Positions 8,469 through 14,923 of a DNA stretch of 17,943 bases are shown here, one piece after another. Below the pieces are notes generated by a model. The model was not told the DNA's origin and searched no databases. It worked only from the letters and a program-made list of their open reading frames with translations. How positions within the stretch are numbered: the stretch's first letter is position 1; every line of letters begins with the position of its first letter. Position numbers and translations under genes: made by a program. Source of the DNA: an uncultured archaeon (GTDB taxonomy: Archaea > Iainarchaeota > Iainarchaeia > Iainarchaeales > CSSED10-239); contig CAZPGO010000013.1 in the NCBI GenBank assembly GCA_964586355.1, forward strand, positions 1-17,943, read 5' to 3'.

Positions 8469-8917
8469 TTAGCTTTTTAAAAAATTTTCAATAATGTTAA
8501 TTTTTTGAAGTCTATTAATTTTTTTATAAAAATCTAACATTTTATTAAGTGGCAATATATTTACAACCAAACCATAATAATTAACTTTTTTTATAAAATT
8601 AAATATGCTTTTTGATCTATCTATATAATTTATTATTTCAATTTCATTATTTTCAACATTTAACAACAAAATATCTAATCGCTCTTTTTTATTTTCTGGA
8701 AGCTCTTTTTCAACAATTTCTGATTTTACTATAAAGTCTTTAAAAACACATCTAAAAATTGTCATTCCATTTTCATCAGTAGTTAAATCTAAATCATTAA
8801 CATCAACAGGTAACCCTGAAATAAAAAGACTTGCACTTCCATCAACATAATATCTAACATTTTTATCTTTTAATTTATTAGTTATTATTTTTAATAAATT
8901 AATAATTTCTTTTTCAT
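8469..8917 (-). CDS. Pol-beta-superfamily nucleotidyltransferase-fold protein with an unresolved 5' end (frameshift or non-canonical start)
   Basis: The track ORF is 8469..8765, but the same frame stays open up to the TGA at 8928-8930. That upstream stretch encodes VRYYVDGSASLFISGLPVDVNDLDL (8787-8840), the G-S-x(n)-D-x-D nucleotidyltransferase motif. It contains no in-frame ATG, GTG or TTG. An ATG at 8915-8917 is one nucleotide out of frame, just before an A5 run (T5 on the plus strand at 8910-8914). Confidence 0.55.
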
Positions 8918-8937
8918 TCCTAAAAATTCACATTTAA

Positions 8938-9717
8938 TTATTTTTGAAATAAACTTTCAGCCATTTTATTCATAGCAACAGAATTTGGATCAAAAACAAA
9001 TAATTTTTTTGAATTTAGATCAAAGAAAGTATTTTCTGGTTTTAAATCAGAAATCATTTTTAGTTCTTTAAAACCATATTTTTTTGGATCTTTTTGAAGT
9101 TTAAAATTAACTTCTTTACTTATTTCATTTAAAAGATTTGAGATCTTTTTTTCTGTTCTACCACTAATAAAACCTTTTGGTCTAGCATCTGAAACCGTAA
9201 TAAATGGAACACAATCATAAACTATAAAATTAAAACCTCTTATAGTAACACCAAAATGTGCAGGAACAACATTAACACCATGATCAGAAATAAGTTTTAA
9301 CATACCCATTTCTTCTACTGGTCTGCCAAAATTTAATCTTTCTATTTTCCCATTTACTTCCATAGGCCAAGAATTGCCAACTTTTATATAAAATTTTTGA
9401 TTAGTATCTTTTAATTCTAAAACCATGTTTGCAAGAGTTTCTTCTTGATTCCAATACTCTGAAATTACATCAATAATTGTTAATTTAATTTGAGAATCTT
9501 CAAATTTTGATTTGCCAGATTTAAAAATTTTATATATTTTACGAAATATCTTTCTATCAACAAACATTTTTTTACCAACATTACTATAAGCAACAGTAAA
9601 TAAAGGACCTCGTCTTATCGTTATTTCTTGGTCTAACTTCTCTTTTGGTTTAAGATTTGATTTGTATTCTAAATCCTTAAATTTTATTTTTCTTTTGAAT
9701 AATTTAAATAATTTCAT
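8938..9717 (-). CDS. Divergent protein-kinase-like protein (DLKPEN catalytic loop)
   Basis: The catalytic-loop motif SDLKPEN (DLKPEN at 9031-9048) is followed by LFVFDPN at the DFG position. FYIKVG is a candidate beta3 Lys, and EEMGMLKLISDHGVNVVPAHF is a candidate alphaC region. I start the gene at the second ATG (9717), because the track start at 9777 overlaps the upstream gene by 53 nt. It is homologous by eye to ORF 14117..14923. Confidence 0.6.
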   Translation of the reverse strand: MKLFKLFKRKIKFKDLEYKSNLKPKEKLDQEITIRRGPLFTVAYSNVGKKMFVDRKIFRKIYKIFKSGKSKFEDSQIKLTIIDVISEYWNQEETLANMVLELKDTNQKFYIKVGNSWPMEVNGKIERLNFGRPVEEMGMLKLISDHGVNVVPAHFGVTIRGFNFIVYDCVPFITVSDARPKGFISGRTEKKISNLLNEISKEVNFKLQKDPKKYGFKELKMISDLKPENTFFDLNSKKLFVFDPNSVAMNKMAESLFQK

Positions 9718-9724
9718 ATTAAAA

Positions 9725-10372
9725 TCAACCCTTCTGTTTAGATATTTTGTTATAATATATAAATAAAATACCACCAATCAAAGTAATTAAAGACAAGATA
9801 ATAAATAATGGATCTGTAATAGACTTAAAACCATTACCAATATAAGCTAGACTTAAACCACCACTAATATGTCCAATAATAACCAAAGGAATAAATAGCT
9901 TATCAGAAATTGAAGATAATCCCGCTAAATAAGATAACTCATCATCAGGAAAAAGTGGCAAAAAATATGCTAAAAATAATAATAATTTATTTTTATTAAA
10001 AAGATAATCATATTTTTCTTGAGTGCTCTTTTTTACAAGCTTAGAAACTATTTTTTTCCCAATAAACCTTGCTATATAAAAAGCAATTATTGTACCAATA
10101 ACTCTTCCAATCCAATTATATAAAAAACCAAACCAAATTCCAAATATATATCCGCCAGCAATTGAAATCACATAATGACTTATTGGGGTAAAAACAACTT
10201 GTAGAATTTGCAGACAAATAAATACTATTGGAGCAAAATTACCAAAAGAACTTACATAGCTTCTTATGGCTTCTTGATTTGAAAAAAAAGATATGGGATA
10301 AATATATCCAACAATTAATAAAATAATTGGAATAATTAATAATGCCCACCAAATAAACTTTAATGACTTCAT
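9725..10372 (-). CDS. TVP38/TMEM64 (SNARE-associated, DedA-related) family membrane protein
   Basis: 215-aa polytopic ORF with the family signature FLPLFPDDELSYLAGLSSI and multiple TM helices. It ends in TGA, so TGA is a stop codon here. Confidence 0.8.
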   Translation of the reverse strand: MKSLKFIWWALLIIPIILLIVGYIYPISFFSNQEAIRSYVSSFGNFAPIVFICLQILQVVFTPISHYVISIAGGYIFGIWFGFLYNWIGRVIGTIIAFYIARFIGKKIVSKLVKKSTQEKYDYLFNKNKLLLFLAYFLPLFPDDELSYLAGLSSISDKLFIPLVIIGHISGGLSLAYIGNGFKSITDPLFIILSLITLIGGILFIYYNKISKQKG

Positions 10373-10470
10373 TTTTTTCTATTTGTTTTTATGATCTTAA
10401 ATATTATTCTTTAAATAATAATATTTATATTTAGATCTAATTAAAACCTTTCATTCTTGTCATTTTTTTT

Positions 10471-11073
10471 TTAGATTATATTAATATTTTGTTTTTGTAG
10501 TTCTTTTTTCAATTGATTCGTATTTTTAAAAACAATTGAGGTAATACCTAATTTTATTGCAGCAATACAATTTTCTTCTTTATCATCAATAAAAATACAT
10601 TCTTCTGGTTTTGCATTTAATTTATTTAAAACATATAAATAAATTTTTGGTTGAGGCTTTGCTAGTCCAAGATCTCCAGAAATAAAATTTTTCTTAAAAT
10701 ATTTTCTAAAACCAGTAATGTCTAATTTATAATTTGCCCATTCTGATCCTTCATTAATAATTGTCACCAATTTATATTTGTCATACAATTTTGAAATTAT
10801 TTCTTCCATTCCTCTTATTGGTTTAATATCTTTATTAAATAGTTCCATATATTCTGTATAAGATAATAGTAATTTTGTCCGTTTTAAAAAGGCAGAAACT
10901 AACTGTTTTTCATTAATTTGTCCTACCATGAATTTATTATATTCTGGAATGTAAAAAATAGATTCTAGATCTTTTGCAAAAAAAATTTTGCCATTTATTT
11001 TATAAGTTTTCTTTTTTTCAAAAGCCATATTTGTTTGAACACCAGCTTGATCAAATAAAATCCATTTTATCAT
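10471..11073 (-). CDS. HAD superfamily hydrolase, subfamily IA (YihX-like motif I)
   Basis: 200-aa ORF. Motif I is ILFDQAGV, with Asp+2 replaced as in the YihX-type FDLGNV. Motif II is VTIINEGS, motif III is GLAKPQPKIY and motif IV is FIDDKEEN. Confidence 0.8.
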   Translation of the reverse strand: MIKWILFDQAGVQTNMAFEKKKTYKINGKIFFAKDLESIFYIPEYNKFMVGQINEKQLVSAFLKRTKLLLSYTEYMELFNKDIKPIRGMEEIISKLYDKYKLVTIINEGSEWANYKLDITGFRKYFKKNFISGDLGLAKPQPKIYLYVLNKLNAKPEECIFIDDKEENCIAAIKLGITSIVFKNTNQLKKELQKQNINII

Positions 11074-11154
11074 AATTTGCTCTATTTTAAGTATTTAATT
11101 AGATTTATACAAAAATATAGGTCATCATATTTAAAAGAGTTTTTATTAGAAATA

Positions 11155-11181
11155 GGAGTCGGATTCCCTCCTCCCAGATTT
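11155..11181. repeat. Left copy of a 27-bp direct repeat identical to the tRNA-Tyr 3' end plus flank (att-like)
   Basis: ggagtcggattccctcctcccagattt is identical to 12400-12426. A degenerate continuation (agacattggga versus gaactgggga) resembles the T-arm, but no tRNA body is present. Confidence 0.85.
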
Positions 11182-11269
11182 AGACATTGGGAATATACTG
11201 GTTATTGGTTCGTTGTTAGAAGTTGGTAGATATCTTACTTTCATCCATACCAACTCCTTTTTTATTATT

Positions 11270-11277
11270 AAAAAAAA
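11270..11277 (-). terminator. Oligo-T tract (T8 on the minus strand) downstream of the Fic gene
   Basis: The A8 run on the plus strand lies about 50 nt past the Fic stop codon. Archaeal termination commonly uses oligo-T. An 8-bp stem hairpin (11221-11228 / 11248-11255) follows. Confidence 0.3.
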
Positions 11278-11327
11278 TTTATTAAAATAATATTTTTAAA
11301 ATTCCCTCTACTAAGATACTAAAAGAT

Positions 11328-12269
11328 TTATAATTCTGAAAATGCATTTTTATATTGCTTTTTAAATCTTCTAACTAATCTTTGTGCTAATGCTTTTCCA
11401 TTATTTGTATAATTACATCTTTCAAGTGCATTAAAATATGCTTGCTTTTCTTTTGTTTTAATATCAATTAAAGCATATTTGTTTTTATATAATACAAAAT
11501 TCATAAGTAATCTCGAAATTCTTCCATTACCGTCTTGAAATGGATGAATCTTAACAAAAGCCCAGTGTACCCAAGCAGAGAGTTCTATAGGATGTAATTC
11601 TTCTTTTAGTTTATTATAGTTTTCTATAAGTATCTTCAAATCAGTTAAAACTAATTCTTTAGGTGTTGTATCAAATTTAGAACCAATTATTCTGTTATTT
11701 AATCTTTTTAATTTACCTGCAATATCTGGAAAACTTTCTTTAAAGTAAATTCTATGTAGTTCTGTAATTAAATCAATAGATAAATCTTTTTTATAGTCCA
11801 AAAGATAATCAATTGCTTTTTTTGCAGATTTTGTTTCTAATACATCTTCAAGCGGTCTATTGGGGGATATATTCTCAGATAATAATAATTCAACTTCTTT
11901 TAAGGTTAAAGTTGAACCTTCTATAGAATTGGTATTATATACAAAAACGCTAATAAAGTTATTCCAGAAGCTTTCTTTTTCTGTTTTTGTTAATGTATTA
12001 TATTTTTTCCAAAAGTTAGAATTGATATCATCTATTTCTTTTACTTCGTCTTTAGTTAAATAAGTAAATCCTTGCAATTGTTTTTTCTGGGAGTTGATTT
12101 CTTTTTCAAATCTGGATAATTCTAAAGATAACTGCTGTTCTGTTGGTTTTACAGTTCCTATATACTTTCTTATTTGTTTTCTTTTCCCTTTTGAAACTGG
12201 AATATTTTCTACAAGATAATAATAAGTTTTATTATTTCTTTGCAATTTAGATAAATAGCTCATAGACAT
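11328..12269 (-). CDS. Fic family protein (AMPylase-type, class II with N-terminal inhibitory helix)
   Basis: The canonical Fic motif HPFQDGNGRISR lies at 11511-11546. The inhibitory motif (S/T)xxxE(G/N) is TNSIEG at 11916-11933. I start the gene at the ATG at 12269 (MSMSYLSKLQ...). The 68-codon N-terminal extension in the track (to 12473) runs through the tRNA-Tyr gene and is spurious. Confidence 0.9.
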   Translation of the reverse strand: MSMSYLSKLQRNNKTYYYLVENIPVSKGKRKQIRKYIGTVKPTEQQLSLELSRFEKEINSQKKQLQGFTYLTKDEVKEIDDINSNFWKKYNTLTKTEKESFWNNFISVFVYNTNSIEGSTLTLKEVELLLSENISPNRPLEDVLETKSAKKAIDYLLDYKKDLSIDLITELHRIYFKESFPDIAGKLKRLNNRIIGSKFDTTPKELVLTDLKILIENYNKLKEELHPIELSAWVHWAFVKIHPFQDGNGRISRLLMNFVLYKNKYALIDIKTKEKQAYFNALERCNYTNNGKALAQRLVRRFKKQYKNAFSEL

Positions 12270-12271
12270 TA

Positions 12272-12327
12272 TATTACTCAAAATATTTAAAAAGGTGTCG
12301 AGTAATACAAGGTAGTGAGTAATACAA
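12272..12327 (-). promoter_or_regulatory. Operator-like repeats flanking a TATA-like box just upstream of the Fic start
   Basis: The minus strand reads TTGTATTACTC-ACTACC-TTGTATTACTC-GACACC-TTTTTAAATATTTT-GAGTAATA-TA-ATG. There are two 11-nt direct repeats (plus-strand gagtaatacaa at 12300-12310 and 12317-12327). An inverted 8-nt copy lies at 12272-12279, 2 nt from the ATG. Confidence 0.45.
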
Positions 12328-12399
12328 TATTTAATTAGAAAAGTTAGGGTAACACTATTTAGTTTAATTGTTACTCCAACATAAATAGTAAGTCCTGTT

Positions 12400-12426
12400 G
12401 GAGTCGGATTCCCTCCTCCCAGATTT
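12400..12426. repeat. Right copy of the 27-bp direct repeat (tRNA-Tyr 3' 17 nt plus 10 nt of flank)
   Basis: Identical to 11155-11181. It overlaps the tRNA-Tyr T-stem 3' strand, acceptor 3' strand and discriminator. Confidence 0.85.
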
Positions 12427-12532
12427 GAACTGGGGATCTTCCGGTCACTGCCTTTTTGATCTTTAAAGATCAAAATTTAAGTGATTACTTAAAGTCTACA
12501 GCCGGACGCACTAACCGCTGTGCTAAGGAGGG
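12410..12532 (-). tRNA. tRNA-Tyr (anticodon GUA) with a 50-nt intron at position 37/38
   Basis: Hand-folded as CCCTCCT-TA-GCAC-AGCGGTTA-GTGC-G-TCCGG-CTGTAG[intron]A-CCGGA-AGATC-CCCAG-TTCAAAT-CTGGG-AGGAGGG-A. It has a C1:G72 pair, a 5-nt variable loop and no encoded CCA. The exons total 73 nt. Confidence 0.9.
12446..12495 (-). other. tRNA-Tyr intron
   Basis: 50 nt lie between anticodon-loop positions 37 and 38. The intron contains two hairpins: TTTAAGT-AATC-ACTTAAA and a 22-nt perfect palindrome TTTTGATCTTTAAAGATCAAAA (12454-12475). Confidence 0.8.
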
Positions 12533-12623
12533 TTATTTTCTTTTTATAAAAAAGATATATAATATATAGTAAAAATAATTTAAATACCTTTGTTTTTTCA
12601 AAAAGTAAATAATTAAAATAAAA

Positions 12624-13070
12624 TTATTTCTTTTTCTTCATTAACTTTTTATTTGATGGAAAAACTATGTGATGCGCTCCAAAAACCATTTTTTTATCAA
12701 CAGAATATTTTTCTATCAAATATACCTTAAATAATTCTATATAAGCATCTTTTAATTCTTTTTTTTCCATTTCCTTTGGAATAAATTCTTTTATTATTTT
12801 TTTTGTTTGTTTAGAATTAACCTCTTCTATAAAATTACCAACTTCTAAAGAAAACAAAAAATTTGTTTTTTCTTCAAAATTAGAAATATCACAAATTTTC
12901 TTAATATAATCTTTTATTTTTTGAGATGTTGAAAATTGTACACTTGTTAAAAATTCTATAACTTCTTTTGGTCCTACCTCTTTATCAATGGTTAATTTTT
13001 TTATAGATACGAATTTATCAAAATTCGCAATAAATTGTATTGATTCTTCTGTCATATATTTCATCTCCAA
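12624..13070 (-). CDS. Hypothetical protein, tandem paralog B (unrecognised family)
   Basis: 148-aa ORF, alignable by eye over most of its length with ORF 13117..13524. Shared blocks are IKK, (E/D)FL(T/I)S(V/I)Q, STxxKIxxYIxK, KTN, LF(K/R)VY(L/I)IEKY and (M/I)V(F/I)G(A/P)HHI. Confidence 0.65.
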   Translation of the reverse strand: MEMKYMTEESIQFIANFDKFVSIKKLTIDKEVGPKEVIEFLTSVQFSTSQKIKDYIKKICDISNFEEKTNFLFSLEVGNFIEEVNSKQTKKIIKEFIPKEMEKKELKDAYIELFKVYLIEKYSVDKKMVFGAHHIVFPSNKKLMKKKK

Positions 13071-13116
13071 TATTTTTTTTTACTTTTTAAATAAACATTA
13101 ACAATTTATATTTATT

Positions 13117-13524
13117 TTACTTATCTTCCCAACTAACACTAGAAATGTGATGGGGGCCTATAACTATTCTCTTTTGTTGAGCATATTTTTCAATAATATA
13201 TACTCTAAACAATTGTTCATAATATTTTAGATAACAATTATCTTTTAACATAATATCTGAAATAATTTTGTTAAATTTTTCTGAATAAATCTCCATAAAA
13301 AATTTATCTACATTTAATTTTAAAAAGCTATTTGTTTTTTTATTAAATTTATTAACATTACAACACTTTTCAATATATTCTATTATCTTAAAATTTGTTG
13401 ATGACTGAATACTAATTAAAAAATCTATTATATCTTCTATTTTTTTGTTTTTTGTTAATTTAAACTTTTTTATACAAACAGAATTATTTATTTCATAATT
13501 ATATTTAATTATATTTTTACTCAT
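13117..13524 (-). CDS. Hypothetical protein, tandem paralog A (unrecognised family)
   Basis: 135-aa ORF starting 15 nt downstream of the tdk stop, with an AGGTG Shine-Dalgarno-like motif upstream. It shares the conserved blocks listed for paralog B. Confidence 0.65.
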   Translation of the reverse strand: MSKNIIKYNYEINNSVCIKKFKLTKNKKIEDIIDFLISIQSSTNFKIIEYIEKCCNVNKFNKKTNSFLKLNVDKFFMEIYSEKFNKIISDIMLKDNCYLKYYEQLFRVYIIEKYAQQKRIVIGPHHISSVSWEDK

Positions 13525-13539
13525 ACTTTAAAGCACCTA

Positions 13540-14109
13540 TTATTTATTCCAACAATTTACACATCTGGCTTGGTATTTATCTTGCCCGCCAACAATAACT
13601 GTTTCAGTATCAGATCCTATTCTATATGTTTTTGTAGCTTTGTTACCACAAACATTACACACAGCATCAATTGAAATAACATAATCACTCATAGCCATTA
13701 AATATCCTATGTGATTATTATTATCTTTAAAAGGAAAAGGATCTCCCTTATATGTTTGATTTAGGCCAGAAACATAAATATTTATTCCTAATTGTTTAAG
13801 CTTATTAATTATATTTAATACACTAGAATCAAAAAATTGAATTTCATCTATAAATATATTAATAACCTTTTTTTCTGCATCCAAATTAGAAAAAACCTCA
13901 AAAATATGATCAGAATCTTCTGCTATAATAGCCTCTTTACCAAAACCATTATGATTAATTACACTTTCTTCTGAATATCTATTATCTATTTTTGGTTTAA
14001 ACAAAAGAGAGTTTCTTTTTGCAATAAGCTCTCTATCCATTATTCTTAATAATTCTGTTGTTTTTCCTGAAAACATTGGTCCAACTATTGTTGTTAATAT
14101 TCCAATCAT
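13540..14109 (-). CDS. tdk: Thymidine kinase (TK1-like, type II)
   Basis: 189-aa ORF with P-loop GPMFSGKTTELL, DEIQFF, GLNQTYKGDPFPF and zinc-ribbon Cys pairs CNVCGNKA ... YQARCVNCW. A GTGAGG Shine-Dalgarno-like motif lies upstream. Confidence 0.92.
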   Translation of the reverse strand: MIGILTTIVGPMFSGKTTELLRIMDRELIAKRNSLLFKPKIDNRYSEESVINHNGFGKEAIIAEDSDHIFEVFSNLDAEKKVINIFIDEIQFFDSSVLNIINKLKQLGINIYVSGLNQTYKGDPFPFKDNNNHIGYLMAMSDYVISIDAVCNVCGNKATKTYRIGSDTETVIVGGQDKYQARCVNCWNK

Positions 14110-14116
14110 ATGTGCC

Positions 14117-14923
14117 TCACTTCCTTAATTTATTATATGCTTCTGTTTTTAAAAATTGATCAGAAAAATAAAATTTAAGTCTACCATCAGATAATCTTTT
14201 TACAAAAACATTATGTGGTATAACACCATTATGATACATTGTAAAATCATCAACATCTTTTAAAATATCTAATTTTTCTAATTTCTTAAATATTTTTTCA
14301 GCAAGTAATATTTCTGAACCTGTTATTTTTTTCTTAATAATAGCATCATAATAACTATCTAAATTTGTAAAGTCATAAACAATAATATTTGTTTTTCTAT
14401 TGCTTAGATCAGTAAAAGAAAATTGTGGTTTAATTACATTAAAACCTAACCTCTCCATTTCCTTAACTGCTAAAAACTCAGAATCTGGGGTTGTGTTTTC
14501 TAAATAATATTTTGAATTTTTTTTAATAAAAAATCTTTTAATATCCCCAGTATTTTTGTTTTTGTATTTTAATTCATATACTAGAGATGCTGATTGGTAA
14601 TTGAATAATTCTCTTAATCTAAAAGAACCATTCTTTGTTTCCAGTTTTGCTCTAACATCTGGCTTGGAGGCAAATAATTGTTCTTCTAAAAAACTTACTA
14701 ACTCTGGGTTTTCTTTTAATATCTGTTTTGTAGTTGATGTTATATGTGTTATTCTTACTGGTTTTCCATTACCTAATTGTATTTTAGAATAATATTTATT
14801 TTTTGGATTTTTTGGGTCTAGAGTGATAATTACATTTTTATCTTTAACAGTTCTTTTTTTTAAAACTCTTTGTTTAGATCCTATTTTTGGTCCTTTGGAT
14901 CCAAGAGTTATTCTGGGTAACAT
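14117..14923 (-). CDS. Divergent protein-kinase-like protein (paralog of 8938..9717) with a degenerate catalytic loop
   Basis: 268-aa ORF ending 7 nt upstream of tdk. It aligns by eye with ORF 8938..9717: RFFIKKNS with KFYIKVGNS, EFLAVKEMERLGFNVIKPQF with EEMGMLKLISDHGVNVVPAHF, and NIIVYDF with NFIVYDC. The catalytic-loop position reads HNGVIPHN (14210-14233) instead of SDLKPEN, and FYFSDQF sits at the DFG position. Confidence 0.55.
   Translation of the reverse strand: MLPRITLGSKGPKIGSKQRVLKKRTVKDKNVIITLDPKNPKNKYYSKIQLGNGKPVRITHITSTTKQILKENPELVSFLEEQLFASKPDVRAKLETKNGSFRLRELFNYQSASLVYELKYKNKNTGDIKRFFIKKNSKYYLENTTPDSEFLAVKEMERLGFNVIKPQFSFTDLSNRKTNIIVYDFTNLDSYYDAIIKKKITGSEILLAEKIFKKLEKLDILKDVDDFTMYHNGVIPHNVFVKRLSDGRLKFYFSDQFLKTEAYNKLRK

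Larger units (their letters stand above)
11155..12426 (-). mobile_element. Candidate integrated islet or remnant at tRNA-Tyr carrying only a Fic gene
   Basis: It is bounded by the 27-bp direct repeat that includes the last 17 nt of tRNA-Tyr. The interior of about 1.2 kb holds one gene with its own promoter-like and oligo-T regions. No recombinase gene is present in the window. Confidence 0.45.

Noticed and set aside
9718-9777. The 20-codon N-terminal extension of ORF 8938..9777.
   Set aside because: It overlaps the 3' end of the upstream TVP38-family gene by 53 nt. The second ATG (9717) lies 7 nt after that gene's stop and gives a normal operon junction.
10393-10437. An imperfect palindrome in the HAD/TVP38 intergenic region (aaatattatt ... 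aataatattt, 10399-10408 / 10417-10426).
   Set aside because: It is composed purely of A/T, and such palindromes are frequent by chance in AT-rich spacers. I noted it only as a possible promoter or terminator element.
11155-11262. A second tRNA gene, or a split-tRNA 3' half of the kind known in Nanoarchaeum. The segment ends with the tRNA-Tyr acceptor/T-stem sequence, and its two ends (GGAGTTGG / CCGACTCC) could pair.
   Set aside because: The T-loop is degenerate (GTCTAAAT-type instead of TTCAAAT, with a mismatched stem). No D-arm or anticodon arm can be drawn. The simpler explanation is an att-site remnant.
12270-12473. The 68-codon N-terminal extension of the Fic ORF as listed in the track (start at 12473).
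   Set aside because: It reads through the 3' exon and part of the intron of tRNA-Tyr and through the promoter-like repeats. The Fic-like sequence begins at the ATG at 12269.
12624-14923. A provirus or viral fragment next to tRNA-Tyr, considered because tdk and small orphan genes are common in viruses.
   Set aside because: No capsid, terminase, integrase or replication genes are present. No att-like repeat lies on this side of the tRNA, and composition is the same as in the rest of the window. I kept it only as an alternative within the tdk-operon finding.
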